A DNA stretch of 64,000 nt from Octopus vulgaris (Eukaryota): positions 123,504,001-123,568,000 of the forward strand of contig OX597816.1 in NCBI GenBank assembly GCA_951406725.2, read 5' to 3'. The notes beneath the pieces are model-generated. The model saw only the letters and a program-made list of their open reading frames with translations, had not been told where the DNA came from and did not search any database. Numbering within the stretch: position 1 is the stretch's first letter; the number at the start of each line of letters is the position of its first letter. Below are positions 1 to 13,709 of the stretch, in pieces. The position numbers and the translations under genes were made by a program.

Positions 1-49
1 TTTATAAATATATAACTTTGGTTGTTTTTTCATCTCTCGCTCTCTCTGA

Positions 50-92
<43 letters not shown>

Positions 93-1052
93 CACACACA
101 CATGTTTGTGTGAGAGAGAAGAAAAGAGAGAGAGTTGAAGAGTGATAAGGAGGACAATGGATTGGGTTGAGCAAGAGGAGTTTCAAGGCTACCCCATTTG
201 AAATATGAGTGAGTGAGGGTGTATGAAGTGGTGCAAGAAAAAGAGATAAAAATGATATTTAGCAAAGAGTCAGAGCATACACCTTAAGGCGTTGAGCATA
301 TGTTCTGGCTCTTTGTCCAAGGAGATGAATAGAAAGTGGTGACAGAAGGATCAGGGAGCATAAGTAAGAGTTGTAAGAGTGTATGTGTTGTGTGGGAAGA
401 GAATGAATAATAGATAAAATGGAAGCCGTCAATGATAAATAGATGAAGGTAGTCAGTATCTATTAAGCATCAACTACCCCAAAAACATACTATCCACTCC
501 AATTATGAAGAAAAGAGAGGATGAAACCAATAAACTGTCCACAGTCTGTCTACCCTATGTGAAAGGCCTCTCCGAAAAGTTACAAAAGATATGTGGCCTA
601 TATGACATCAGGACAGTATTCAAGAGTAATACAATACTTCACAAATATCTCCTTTGAGTAAAACCATCAATAGAAGAGAATATGATCAAAGACTACGTGT
701 ACTCCATCTCATAAAGTAATGGTAGGTTATACAAAGGCGAAACATGCTATCCCTTCAAAATAAGGGTAGACAAATATCGCACAGCTGTGACGTGAAGAGA
801 TATTGATAAATCGGGTAGAGCTGATCATGTGTGGAAACATGGAGATCACATCTCTCTGTGGGATGAAGTTAAAATAATAGACAAACACTAATGGAAAATA
901 CGAAAACTAAAGGATGCAGCACGTATGCTAGGACACAACAACCTCCTAAGCAGACCGAGTGCAGATATGAGCAGCATATGGGAACTGGTATTAAGGAAGG
1001 ATAGGAAAATATTATATTTATAAGCCCTAAAATTCACTCCGTAATTGCCCAC

Positions 1053-1126
1053 GGGCATATGGCGTAATGGTTAAGAGCATAGGCTACTATCCCCAAGATT
1101 CCGAGTTCAATTCCAAGCAGTGGCCT
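1053..1126 (+). promoter_or_regulatory. tRNA-derived Pol III promoter-like segment
   Basis: A box TGGCGTAATGG (1060-1070) and B box AGTTCAATTCC (1104-1114) at tRNA spacing. Confidence 0.7.
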
Positions 1127-1217
1127 GAATAATAATAATAACAATAATATTAATAATAATAATAATAACATCAAAAAATACCTTAGGAATGAGAACCCAG
1201 TTTCGAAATTGCCCCAA

Positions 1218-1263
1218 GACACCTGATGAAGGCTGGAGGGTATATCAGCTGAAACGTTGTGTT
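1218..1263 (+). ncRNA. Minimal type I hammerhead ribozyme motif (Penelope pLTR type)
   Basis: GACAC-CTGATGA-a-GGCTG...CAGCT-GAAAC-GT-T-GTGTT. Stem I GACAC/GTGTT, stem II GGCTG/CAGCT, palindromic stem III AACGTT. Confidence 0.7.
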
Positions 1264-1643
1264 AACACAAACAGGATGAGGACAAATATCCGTCAAATGT
1301 AAATAATGTAAATATTTCACTAGTATACTTTATTTTTAAGGTCTGAAAACATTCTAGTTCAAGTCTACCTTTGTTATAATGACAATTTGTGCAATCATTC
1401 CTGTTAATATCATTCAGATACTTTCATCTCCCATGGCAATGTACATATTTTTGAACAGCTGATGAGGATATAGGTGTGATACCTTCCAGACGGATATAGC
1501 ACAATTAACATTTTTATCACAATGTGTATGATTAGTGGCTCCCTTATCTCTCTTGTTGACCAAATAATTTGTAGTTGTCTTGTGTTCTTTCTTGGTGAGA
1601 TTTGATGTGTTTCAAGAGAAGCTATTTTTCCTATCAATACTCT

Positions 1644-2250
1644 ATGTATGTATGCATGCATGCATTATGTATGTATGTAGGCATGCATGCATGTTTGCAT
1701 GTATGCATGTATGTATTCATGTATACATGCATTTATGCATGTATGTATGCATGTATGTATGTATTCATGTATATATGCATAAATGCATGTATGCATATAT
1801 GTATGTATATATTGTGTATGTATATATGCATGCATGCATGTGTGCATTTATGTATGCATGCATGTATGTATCATGTATGCATGCATGCACATATGTATAT
1901 ATGCATGTATGTATGTACATACATACACATGTGAGTGTGAATGTATGCATGTATGTTTTCATGTATGTATGCATTTATGTATGTATGCATGCATGTATGT
2001 ATTCATATGAATATGCATTTATGCATGTATGCATATATATATATGTATGCATTTATTCATGTATGTATGTATTGTGTATGTATGTATGTATTTGTGTATG
2101 CATGCATGTATGTGTGCACTTATGTATGTATGTAGATATGTATGTATGCATGTATGCACATATGCATGCATGTATGCATGCATGCATGTATGTATGTATG
2201 TATGTATGTATGTATGTATGTATGTATGTATGTGAGTATGCATGTATTCA
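1644..2250. repeat. Degenerate (ATGT/ATGC)n tetranucleotide array
   Basis: About 600 bp of ATGT/ATGC units; source of the MYVC-type spurious ORFs. Confidence 0.95.
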
Positions 2251-3449
2251 AATTCATATATGGAACTGAAAGGCATTCTGTCAGCAACTGTTAAATGTAC
2301 CACAAATGCATTGTAAATGAAAGTCATACTTAATAACATCAACAAGCATGAATATACTAAATAATTATAATTGATGTGTTCAGTATACAGGGCATAAAAT
2401 ATAAAAAAAACTATATTAATTTATAAAATCATTCACTCTATTCTTCTATTTCCTATAACATCATATTCAACATATGTTATCTTGAAAACAACTAATGAAT
2501 ATCAAAAATATCTTTAAGGAAAATGTTGCCTTAATTTTATTTATTTAACATTAGACTTCGTTTCATAATGACAATAAATCTATTCAAATTGGGGTTTTAG
2601 TATCTTATGTAGGATATGTTAACTCTGAAAACACAAATACTATTGATTTTTCTCAATGACCTTATGTATTCAAACATTACATTTAACTTGCCGTTTATTT
2701 ACTAGAGTTTTTCTAATTTGGTGGTGAAGTCAAATTACTTTATCAAATTACATCTACAAATCCAAGTGGAAAATATTAAATTCTTCATACTACCATTTAT
2801 ACAAAGTCATAAGCTAAAAGCAAAATATAATATTGAATTATTAGATTCAATGTGAGCATAGAGTGCTTTTGCAAAGAACTTCAAGCTAATTTTGTTCCAG
2901 CTGGAACTATGAAACTGGAGTTCATTGCAATTTTTGGAAATAAATCCTTCACCTTTTCTTATACTTCTTCCTCTAACCAACCCATGCACATATTTGTTGT
3001 TTGCGACATCAAAGGTGCAGTGAGTTCAGTCGTTGGTTCCACTAACTATACTTAACTATATAATCTAACACGCATAAATAAAAACTAAAACAAACTGGGA
3101 ACTCATATTGTACATGGAACAAATGAAGAAATAATTATGCGACAGCAAGTCCACAAAATCAAACAGTTTAACGAAACAGCAGAAACAAATAGTAAAAAAA
3201 AAACCATAAATTCTCTCTCTTTTTTCCACTTGTGTTATATTTTTTATTAATCTTCTGAAAGCCTTTAATTTTGTTTTAAAATTTTTCTCTAGCATTTCTT
3301 TCTTACTTCTCTTTTTTTCTTTCCTTCTTTATTTTTATACAGTATTTTATTTCCCTCTCTTCTTTTCTCCTGTCAATTATTTTCTTTCTATGCCACCATA
3401 TTTCCTCTTACACATGCATGTGCACACACATACTCACGCACACACATTC

Positions 3450-3485
<36 letters not shown>

Positions 3486-3551
3486 TCTCTCTGAAATACA
3501 CTCATATATCAGTAATCTATTAATAAGGATTTTATTTTTCACTACCTGTAG

Positions 3552-3726
3552 GTGGAAACAATAGGGGATGCTTATATGGTTGTAAGTGGTCTTCCAGAAC
3601 GTAATGGAATAAAACATGCCGGTGAAATTGGCACAATGGCATTGGATCTTTTGTACCAATGTGGCAACCTACGAGTTAACCATTTGTGGAATATGCCTTT
3701 GCTCCTGAGAATTGGATTACACACTG
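3552..3726 (+). CDS. Receptor-type guanylyl cyclase, catalytic-domain exon (175 bp); upstream exons lie outside the window
   Basis: Acceptor tgtag|GTG, donor ACTG|gtaagt. Encodes [19 protein letters not shown]...LRIGLHT(G), the class III cyclase motif with the GTP-specifying Glu. Confidence 0.97.
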
Positions 3727-4702
3727 GTAAGTAAATGAATAACTAAATTTACTGATAGTTGTCTTATTGAGTAGTTCCAATGAACTCTGCATCTGCAGAC
3801 CAATAGAATTTAACCAGCAGTTGCCTCTAATTAAATATGCCTAGCCATACATCAGTCAGCATAAGCTATATACTAGATTATACAGCTTCTCATACAAAGT
3901 CATTGGTTATATAAGGTGCAATGTAGTTGGTATTCAGTAAACAGTTCCATGCATTTTAATGCTCTACCTGCTTATATATCAAAGTCCCTGCTGATGACTG
4001 CAGCTAAGCTGTACAAAACAGACTCAGTTGTTATATGGTTGTTTTGATGAATTTTTTTAGATGACAAAAATATTTCTCACTCTGAAAGCAGTAAATTAAA
4101 AGAAAATTCCTTTTCTTTATACCATTATCTTCAAGATAGAATCATCCATGTTCCACAGTTTAGCTGATTCAATTTACTTAAATAGGTATATGTACAAACA
4201 AAGCAGTTTACAAAATGATAACAATAATTATTACTTATCATTGGGCATAAAAACCTAAATATACAATACAAAGCTTTTCAGCCATCTACTGTGTCTGCTT
4301 TCCTTCCTGGTTGCAACAGCAGTCTGAAACAGAAGCAGACACAGCAGAAGGATTTTGTTCTCCCTTTTATTATTTTCCTTTTATATTTTTCTTCTGATGA
4401 CCAAGTTTTTAATTGACTTGCACTGCCGTACATACAGCAACTGAGTCTTCAGCTCTGCACCACCAATTATCTCCCTAGTACCACAATAGAATAAATTAGA
4501 AATTTAGTACACAAAATAAATAAGATAACCCACCCACAAATAGGTGAATAGCTGCCATCTTGGTTAACACAGGACACCCCTTTGCACTGAGCACTATCAG
4601 CTCCAATCAGCTTCTGCAAACCGGGTTCACCTAATCTACTTGTTTTTGTCTTCAGATTTTGCTGAATTCCCATATCTTTTGGGCAGGTTAACGATCTAAG
4701 GT

Positions 4703-4885
4703 AGGCTGTGAGCTGGCAGAATCATTAGCATGCTGGACAGAATACTGAGCAGCATTTCATCTATCTTGACATTCTGCATTGAAATTCTGCTAAGGTCAGC
4801 TTTTGTCTTTCATCCATTTGAGGTCGATAAAATAAATACCAGTTTTGTATTGCTGTAGATGTAATTGACTTACCTCTTCCCCACA
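4703..4885 (+). mobile_element. SINE family A (tRNA head, MESC/Meta-like core), degenerate copy
   Basis: GAGCTGGCAGAA...TTTCATCC...GGTCGATAAAATAAATACCAG, shared with many copies in the window. Confidence 0.75.
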
Positions 4886-5070
4886 ATTTGAAATCAATAT
4901 TAGTGTGATCTTTATTAGCAGGGTCTTTTTTATTATTTGGAGTAAGATTCACCTCACCTCCATCTTTTCTTCAATCAATATAATATTTCTCTAGTTTCAT
5001 TTAGTAGCATCATTAAGTTCTCATTGCTAATTTGGACACTGAGGTACTGCAGGAATACAGGTTCCTTTCT

Positions 5071-5301
5071 TATTTCTTTACTGCCCACAAGGAGCTACAC
5101 ACAGAGGGGACAAACAAGGACAGACAAACAGATTAAGTCGATTACATCAACCTCAGTGTGTAACTGGTACTCATTTAATCGGCCCCGAAAGGATGAAAAG
5201 CAAAATCAACCTCGGCAGAATTTGAACACAGAATGTAGCAGCAGACGAAATACTGTTAAGCATTTCACCTGGCGTGCTAACGTTTCTGCCAGCTCACCAC
5301 C
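5071..5301 (-). mobile_element. SINE family A, full length, with 15-bp target-site duplication
   Basis: Reverse complement of the family A consensus. TSD tacaggttc(c/t)tttct at 5056-5070 and 5304-5318. Confidence 0.9.
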
Positions 5302-5603
5302 ATTACAGGTTCTTTTCTGTTAGGTTCCTTTCTGTTAACTTACTTTTGTTTCTTACTGGGCTCATAAGTATCTTTTGCTCTTTCTACTCTCACTGATGTT
5401 TCCAATGACTGCCAACCACTTCATAGAGTCCATCTCCTCCACAAATAATTGCAATTCAATGGAAAAGATTAGCAACTAGACTTTCTGGAGCGTTTTGTGC
5501 ATGATGCTAAGACCACAGCACTAAACTGAAGACTGGGATTGGTTGTGCTTTGTATACAGTGGTAGCAACAGTCACAGTCGTTCTCTTAATATCAGAGGCT
5601 TAT

Positions 5604-5837
5604 AAGGAATACAAGTTGGTAAAATCTTTAGCATGCCAGGTGAAATGCTTAGCAGTATTTCGTCTGTCTTTATGTTCTGCGTTCAAATTCTGCTGAGGTT
5701 GACTTTGCTTTTCACCCTTTCGGGGTCGATTAAATAAGTACCAGTTACACTCTGGGGTTGATGTAATCAACTGAATCCCTTTGTCTATCCTTGTTTGTCC
5801 CCTCTGTGTTCAGTCTCCTGTGTGCAATAAAAAAATA
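5604..5837 (+). mobile_element. SINE family A with 16-bp target-site duplication
   Basis: Family A core. TSD aatatcag(a/g)ggcttat at 5588-5603 and 5838-5853. Confidence 0.9.
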
Positions 5838-5899
5838 AATATCAGGGGCTTATTGTTGTTCACGCTGCTACTACTGTTTGCCACTCTCTTTTTCTTCCT

Positions 5900-6370
5900 T
5901 TTTCTTTTTCTTCTGTGTAGAAGAGACTGCAGTGCTTTTTAATACCACATGTATAATAACTGGGCTTACTTCCATGAATCACCAGTTTGATTGACCTGAT
6001 TCCTCGGCAGAATATAGCTTCTGGATAGCTTTGTAATTTTCATGGGTTATCTGGATTTAGCTTTAGACCCCCATCCAAGTATATGTCTTTGCAGATCACC
6101 TCTTTGTGCATTACCTGCTCATAGTGTACTGCAAAGATGTCGAGCTAGGGTCCAATGTCAGTACCAAAATCACTGGCTGTAACCTTTGAATTTTTCATAC
6201 CCATGTATCATTGAACTGTCCTGTGGGCAGGGATGTAGTACTTGAGTCCTGCCAACCTACTTACTACATCCTCTGTCTCAAATAATATGCACTACTCCTA
6301 TATGCTTTGCTCTTATTGAGGTTGCATACATTCTACTGCACATCCGCTAAGACGATTTCCAACTTCTCTC
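5900..6370 (-). mobile_element. Decayed LINE ORF1-like fragment with degenerate zinc knuckle
   Basis: Minus-strand frame IKLVIHGSKPSYYTCGIKKHCSLFY fits CX2CX4HX4C with two Cys codons changed to Tyr. Confidence 0.4.
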
Positions 6371-9300
6371 TCTGTAGCATATGAAAATCTCACTCATTTT
6401 TTTGTCACTCTTTATTGTTTGAATTTGAATAAATATTCTAGACAAGGATACACTTACTTTCATTTTGAAGCATACCTCATATTTGTTGTTCCTTAGTATG
6501 AAGTTAACTCATGTCGAATAACTCTTTGCGGTTTGCAATGATGGCAAAAGATGAGTGGTTATTTTTGAGTTTTTGGTACTTTTTCTTTTCGACTTATCAG
6601 ATGTCAATTCTTGTTTATAAATGAGTCTGTTTGTTTAAAATGTAATCATGTTGAGAGCATTTAAGTTTTCTGAGATCATTAAAGAAATGAGAAAATTAAA
6701 TTAGATGAAAACATTGAAATCATACAATTAGAGTAGAACTATCCACACAAATATTTAGATGAAGATAAAATTCATAGTATAAAACACAAAAATCATGAAG
6801 AAAATTAGAAAAATATACTACAGAAGAATTTTATTTATATTTAAAAAAAAAAAAACAGAATCAATATTAGAAATAAGATAATACACTAGATATCCTAGTT
6901 ATAAAGTAAAGCTCTGATATAAATAAACAGATAGTTAAGTGAATGGAAAAGTCTAAACAGAAAAGAAAAGAACAATTGACTACAGTGTTCAAAACACCAG
7001 CCCAAAACTGATCTAGATATAAAGTACCATGCAAAGTCTTTGGCCACTTTAAGCTATTGTAAGTTTCTACTAATTGCCAGTTTATAAGTGGATGTTTTGC
7101 ATTACATTTTTAAAGATGAGACATTGGCTCTGTTGGTGTCATTTCCATACCTAATCATCATATTTTGTAGTAGGGGTTCTAAATGAGAGGGAAAGATGTG
7201 AGACCATCAAAAATAGCCATGCAAAAGATTCTGGCCACCTCACATTAACCAGAAGCTGTTCACTGAACCAAAGAGTGGCACTTTATCATGCGCAAAAGAA
7301 GAAGAATTGGGTGCTCATATCTACTAGCATAACTGTTGAGGATGGGGGAGCCTAGTGGCAGTTCGCCCTGGGTGGAACTTTTGGGTTTGCTGTTGGCAGT
7401 ATGCCTTTTTGTCGGATCTGGGGGGGGGGGGGGGCAGCAAATGGCAGGACTGCTCTGGGCAGCACACACTATATCTATACTAGTGCTCATATCAAATAAA
7501 CCTACACTGAAGGAAACCATAACCAGCCACTGCCACCTATATATCTGATAACGAGGCCTCATTTCAGTGAGGAAGAGGAGCTAGTGCACAATGATGCCAT
7601 CAAGAGGTAGACCCTAAAATGGCATGCATTCTCTCCTGATGACCCTATACATTTGTTGGCTTACAGTATGTGAAGCTTTTGACTGGTAGCACTTGCATGA
7701 GCAAGTTATTTGCAAAACATATGAATATATAAATGAAAGGAAATAATACGGAACAAACTAGAGCCATCTACACTGAAGAAAAATATTTAGAAAAGAATAA
7801 AACAAAAATACATAAATAAAAAAAACACAAAATACCAAAATATATTAGGGAAAAAGGAAAAGTGCAACTCACTCTCAGGTCAATAACCTACAAGACTTGC
7901 CAAAAAGAAAGTAAACTATATTAAAGCTAAAAGTGACACAAAAGCTTTAGGCTAAAATCAGAAACAAAATGTTTGTTCTTCGCTCTACAGGAACAATGTA
8001 TAGCTAAAAATATTTACAAAAATAAAGAAACAAATTATTAATATCAAGTGTAAAAGAGAGTGTCAATAATAATTGCAGCATTATATAGGATAAAATGAAT
8101 AAAAGCATGAACAAAAACATAAAAATGGTAATCCTGCTAGGCACAATCCACTCCCTATACAAAGCACTTTCAACTCAATAGCACAACTCAAGCAGTATAC
8201 CCTCTGCACAAAGCACATGCCCTAAACAATTACTGCCAAATAAAACAACACAGCTGAGACAACACTTAGGCTTATGGTATCACTACAAAACTGTATGAAA
8301 TGACAAACGTAGTGCATACTCAATAGAATAACCATAATAGCACATTTTCTTATATACTATAACCCTATATGACCAACAATGCATACAAACTTCTACACAG
8401 TTGCTGCTTAGCAAAACATATTTTAGAAAGCAACCAGTGCACTCTGCTAACTGGTAGACATTAGAAAGGGCATCCAGCCATAGAAACCATGCCTCAATCG
8501 ATGGTTGGAGTCTGGACAACTACCTGCTAGCCAAATCCATGTCAAACCGTCCAAGCCATGCCAGCATGGAGAATGGATGTTAAATGATGGTGATGATGAT
8601 GACTACTCAGTAACATAACTCAACATTCATAGCATCAGTGCTTGCTAATATTCTTTTCTCACATAGTCAGCTCACTTTGAATTCAAATTACCTCTGCCCA
8701 CTGCTTCCTTATAAATACTTTTAGTTGAAAAACAAAAAAACAAACTATTGCACTGTTTGCAGTCTGTATTAAGCACAGCAGTAAATGCAACATATTTACA
8801 GTAGTTTACAAAATCAATTATTCTTCTATGGATAAAACATGTGTATTAAGAAACATAAAGAGTTAATTACTGTCACAAATTAACTTTAATAATATGTACT
8901 TTCTACGCAAAAATCCTTTCAACTAAAAGCACAAGGCCTGAAATTTTGGGGGAGGAGACTAGTTGATTACATCAACCCCAGTGTTTCATTGATACTTAAT
9001 TTGCCAACCCCGAAAGGATGAAAGGCAAAGTTGACAATAACAGTATTTGAACTAAGAATGAAGAAATCAAATTCAATGGCTGGCATCCATGCGACTGAGA
9101 TCATTGCCACAGCAACAAACTGGCCTCTGTGCTGATGGCACATAAAAGGCACCATTCGAGCGTGATCATTACCTGCGTCGCCTCAATGGCACTTGTGCTG
9201 GTGGCACGCGAAAAATCATCCAACCCATGCTAGCATGGAAAGCGGACGTTAAACGATGATGAGGAGGATGAATGAAAAGATGGACCAAATGCTAATGATT

Positions 9301-9597
9301 CTGTCAGATTGCAGCAAAAATATTTTTATGATTGGCTGCTAATTCAGAATGATCTTTGTGACCAATGGAAGCACACAAATTTTACATTTGGCTGCAGTAC
9401 TGTTTATGATAAAAAAAAAAAACGATAAAATCTGTTTACAACAGCAAGAGTTGTTAGATTTTGATACTTGGTAAAATCCTACATCTAAAGCCAAATTCAG
9501 CAAATGATAACTAGCAAAAGCAATAACATCAAACTTAGATTTCTCTCTGCAAAATAGAAGCTTTCTAGTAATTTTTCTACTTTGCAAATTATGCTTA

Positions 9598-9651
<54 letters not shown>

Positions 9652-9666
9652 GTATATGCATATATG

Positions 9667-9833
9667 CATGTATGGATCAAAACAGTTTTATTCAAACTCT
9701 TTGGTACTCTGAGTTTCAAGTGGGATGCTAATCTTTAGCCATTAGAGTCAGACTTCAGTGGCTAAAGATTAGCATCATGATTGAAACTCAGAGTACCAAG
9801 GAGTTTGAATCAAACTATTTTGATCTCTACATG
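9667..9833. repeat. Fold-back (inverted repeat) element, ~75-bp arms
   Basis: gatcaaaacagttttattcaaactctttggtactctgagtttcaa...gatgctaatctttagcca pairs with tggctaaagattagcatc...ttgaaactcagagtaccaaggagtttgaatcaaactattttgatc. Confidence 0.92.
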
Positions 9834-11230
9834 TAACTCCCAATAAATGTATTGAGTACCCTTCTTTCATTTGTCTACTCACTAGTATATGTGTATGTGT
9901 GTGTATATATATATAAACACATCATCATCATCATGCTGGCATGGGTAGGAGGGTTTGATAAGAGCTGACCATCAGAAGCTGACACCAGACTTCTGCAACC
10001 GTCTTGGCAGGATTTTTACAGCTGGATGCCCTTCCAAATGCTAACCACTTTACAGTGGGGACTGGATGCTTTTTAAGTGGCAAGTACCTTCCAAGACAAA
10101 AAAAATCTTTTAAGAGTGGAGTGGATATTGAAGGAGGTGATCTTGTGTCAGGTGATGAAAAGTTATAATGAGACAGAGAGACAGAAACAGGTGTCTTGCA
10201 GTAGAGGAGGTACAAGGTTACCTAACTAGAGAGAGAAAGGGGGAGAGAGAGAAAGAGATCAGGAATGAAGACAGAAACACATGTGCTTTTGCAAAGGAGA
10301 TACATGGTCACCCAACCTGAGGAAAGTACAGGAGGAGAAGAAAGAGAGTAGAAGACAGCAGAATAGAGATGGTGGCAAAGTGCCAGGCATACTCACAAGG
10401 GACATGGAATAAAAATATAAATGGGATGGTTGAGTAAAAGAAAGAGAGAGAGAGAGAGAGATGATGACAAGATATGGTGGATATATATGGTGGAGAGATA
10501 TATAAACCTGGGTGTATATAGAGTGGGGTACGGGTTACTGGATAGCAATGATACAGTGAGTCAGGGCATGTGGGTGGAACACACAGGCCAGGAGCTAGCA
10601 GATATGTATATTTTGATCTGCTTCATTGTTTTGTGACTATGTCAATATAAGTTACATTTGCCCTAAATGGTCTCATGCTAGAATTATCACCTTTATTAAG
10701 TCACTGAAAAAATAAACTCTCATAATATTGTACAAGAGCATCAAATAATCAACATACACAAATATTTTATGATCATGTATTTCAGAAGATGTACCAAGTA
10801 GAAACATATTGTTGGTAGTGTTTTCCAAGGAAAACAGTAAGAACTTCATGTGAGATTACATTTTCCTCTTTGATCAGCAAATTAAGCAATTGAAATACAT
10901 CTGTATAATAGGTGGTTCATACAATGTTTGTTTTTCTATGCTAGCAAGGATTAGACTGGGAGGGTCTTCAGGCAAGTCTATATGACTGGATAATTTTCCA
11001 TCTGTTTTCCAGGTAAAGAAATTTTGCTAATAGGAAATGGTAGTGAGCATCACCAGTTGCAATTGAGCTACAAATGTTGACATCACCTTCAGTAACATAG
11101 CCCACTCTGTATTGTAAACATGCACACACACACACACACATCAGGTTTGTTTCAGTTTCTCTCTTCCAAATTCATTGGCCCAATGCTACATGCTCAAGGT
11201 GCTGCACAATGAGAATAAAGCAAAATCCTC

Positions 11231-11282
<52 letters not shown>

Positions 11283-13709
11283 GTGCACACACATGCACAC
11301 ACACACATACACACACAACAGCAACAAGTTTTTTAAGCCCACTTACCCTCATAAAGAAAATATTAGTCTAGTGGTACTTCGTGACCATCATTTCGATTTT
11401 ACCCTATCCTCTACAATCCCTTTCATCTACTCACCCTCCATCATTTCTAACTCTGTCATCTTTAGCAATATTTTTCTTTGGTTTTCTTCCACTTCTTTAT
11501 ATAATCAATTCCACCACTTCCCTTATCCAATTGCTTCCTACCTTCTTCAGCATATGGCTCAGCCATCTTATCCCATTTCTTTCCACAAGATCCATCACCA
11601 TGATGTAACACTTCTATATATTCTTTACATGGGAACTGAGCCATAGCCAATATTTCCCTTGAATTCACAGTACACACAAGAGCTACTGCTATTCTTGTTG
11701 CCTTCAGTTTTAAAGTTTCCACTATCACCACTTTTTCTTCCTTATTTGTCTTTACATAAATGTTTGCATTTACAGTTGAATCCAGTAACAATTATTATCA
11801 TTTTTTTTTTGATTTTGCTAATCTTTTTTTAAAGCTGATTATTTGTTTACAAAATTTTAAAAAATCCAAGTTCTTTTGAATCTATCCATTAGTGCCATCA
11901 TTTTGGCTAGCACTCCTTCCTACTCTTCTAGAAATCATGTTGAGTCATTTAAGAAATAAACCTTATATAGTAATATAATGATATGATAAACCATATTTTT
12001 CTACCATATTTTAATAGCGCTGATACACAAATAGTTTAAGGCCTTTGGTTGACAAAATGTCACTCACCCTTTTAAAAATCTTTCTCATCAAATAAAACAT
12101 GGCAAGATACAATTTTGTTTTTCTTTTGAGCTTTGTTTTAGGTGTCTGTTCATGACAAACAGCAACAACAACAGCAATAAAAATGATGACAGTAACAATA
12201 TATCAACAAAAAATATACAAACAAAGCTAATATACAATATTGAACAAAACAATCCAGTATAACATGAACAAATGCAAAAGTTAAAGTAGCATGTCTTAGT
12301 AATTATGATTGTAAATATTTTTTCTTTTCTTTTAGTTGTCACTAGTGCATGAATAGAAAAGGAGTATTACAACAATGAAAGAAAGATGAAACAATACTAA
12401 AATGAATCTAGTTATTAAATTAAAGAAATTGAAAGCATTCTTTTTACTACTTTCTGCACATCTGCAATTGATGTCATGCTCATGCACTCAATTCAATTAG
12501 AAAGATCTAAAACAGAATTGCACTGAAATCAGATGGCAGCACAAGCAATCATAAATTATTTCTAAACTCTTGAGAGACACCTATTATGTTTTGTATTGAT
12601 AAGGCAATTTTCACCTTATCTAGTATCAATATAGTTATCGAAAAAAAAATCCTATAAAATATATGGACGACAAATATGACTCCTCAATAAAAGTTAAAAT
12701 TTTGCATTCAGAATTTGGATACAATTAAATACTAAATTCTTTTCTTTCGTTATTAAGCATATTCTCTCCGATATTATAACGTTTTAACATACAAACTCAT
12801 AGGTTATATGATAAAATTACTTTTAACAGTTTGGCAATGCTTTCAACTGAAACTAATTTGTTTTACAGCATTTTGATTGGATGAAAATGTGTTCAGTTTG
12901 TTTACAACCTTGCAAAGAGAAAATAAGAACCACCATACGGTTGAAGTGCAAGAAATTTATAATGACTACTGTGATAATTTTATTTACTTGAATATTATGT
13001 TCTGGATATGTGAATGAAAATATGTTATGCATATATGAAATTTTTATTGCATTGGTTTACATCTAGAAGTTCGATAGTGAAGTAAAATTATATTGATATT
13101 TTGGTTGAATGCAGCTGACAAGTCTATTGCAGTAGAGGAAATGAAAGACAGATTATTAAATTATCTTGTGAAATTTAAGTATATAAGGTCAGGAATGGAT
13201 ATCAAGCTGGAAAATAATTTGTATGGGTTAATATTTTCAGAATAATTCTTATAACAAATCTCAACAATACAAACCACAAAATAACCATCTGCACTTAGGA
13301 ATATGTAATATATATTTTTTTGTCACTTTCAATTATATAACTTGTTTGTATTTAAAATGAACATGTTTTAGTTATGTACTATAAAGGTACATCTTGCCAC
13401 CATGTTCAAATCATCCCTATATAGTGCAAGTGGTCATGTGTGTCCAGAGGAAAACATTTATTCTTGTCCTTCTATCATGCTTCAGCCTCTCAATGCATGG
13501 CATAAAGCCGCTCACTGTCAAGGGGGATTTTTTCATCTTGCAGTTACTTAGTGACCTCATTAGTGTTAGTGCCATGTAAAATGCTCCCTATTCACTCTGT
13601 AAAGTGATTGGCATTAGGAAGGAGATCCTGTCATAGAAACCACACCAGAAAAGATATTGGCTCTTGATACAGGCCTCCATCCAACACAAGAGCATAGAAG
13701 AAAGACATT

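Larger units (their letters stand above)
457..1310 (+). mobile_element. Penelope-like retroelement 3' remnant: decayed GIY-YIG endonuclease plus terminal (pLTR-like) region
   Basis: One frame with internal stops reads INYP...LPYVKGLSEKLQK...VYSIS*SNGRLYKGET...KSGRADHVW...WDEVKIIDKH*WKIRKLKDAA, typical of a PLE GIY-YIG domain. It is followed by a tRNA-like segment, (AAT)n and a hammerhead core. Confidence 0.85.

Noticed and set aside
1580-2269. 229-aa ORF and the many [12 protein letters not shown] ORFs across the window
   Set aside because: They are translations of stop-free microsatellites with no coding signal.
2641-2690. ttt ctc aat gac ctt (FLNDL), resembling the preceding cyclase exon (LLNDLY...DVYK)
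   Set aside because: No AG acceptor, no FD..DVYK continuation and no donor; probably chance.
2807-3055. Two overlapping short non-repetitive ORFs as a possible nested gene
   Set aside because: No recognisable motif or convincing splice sites.
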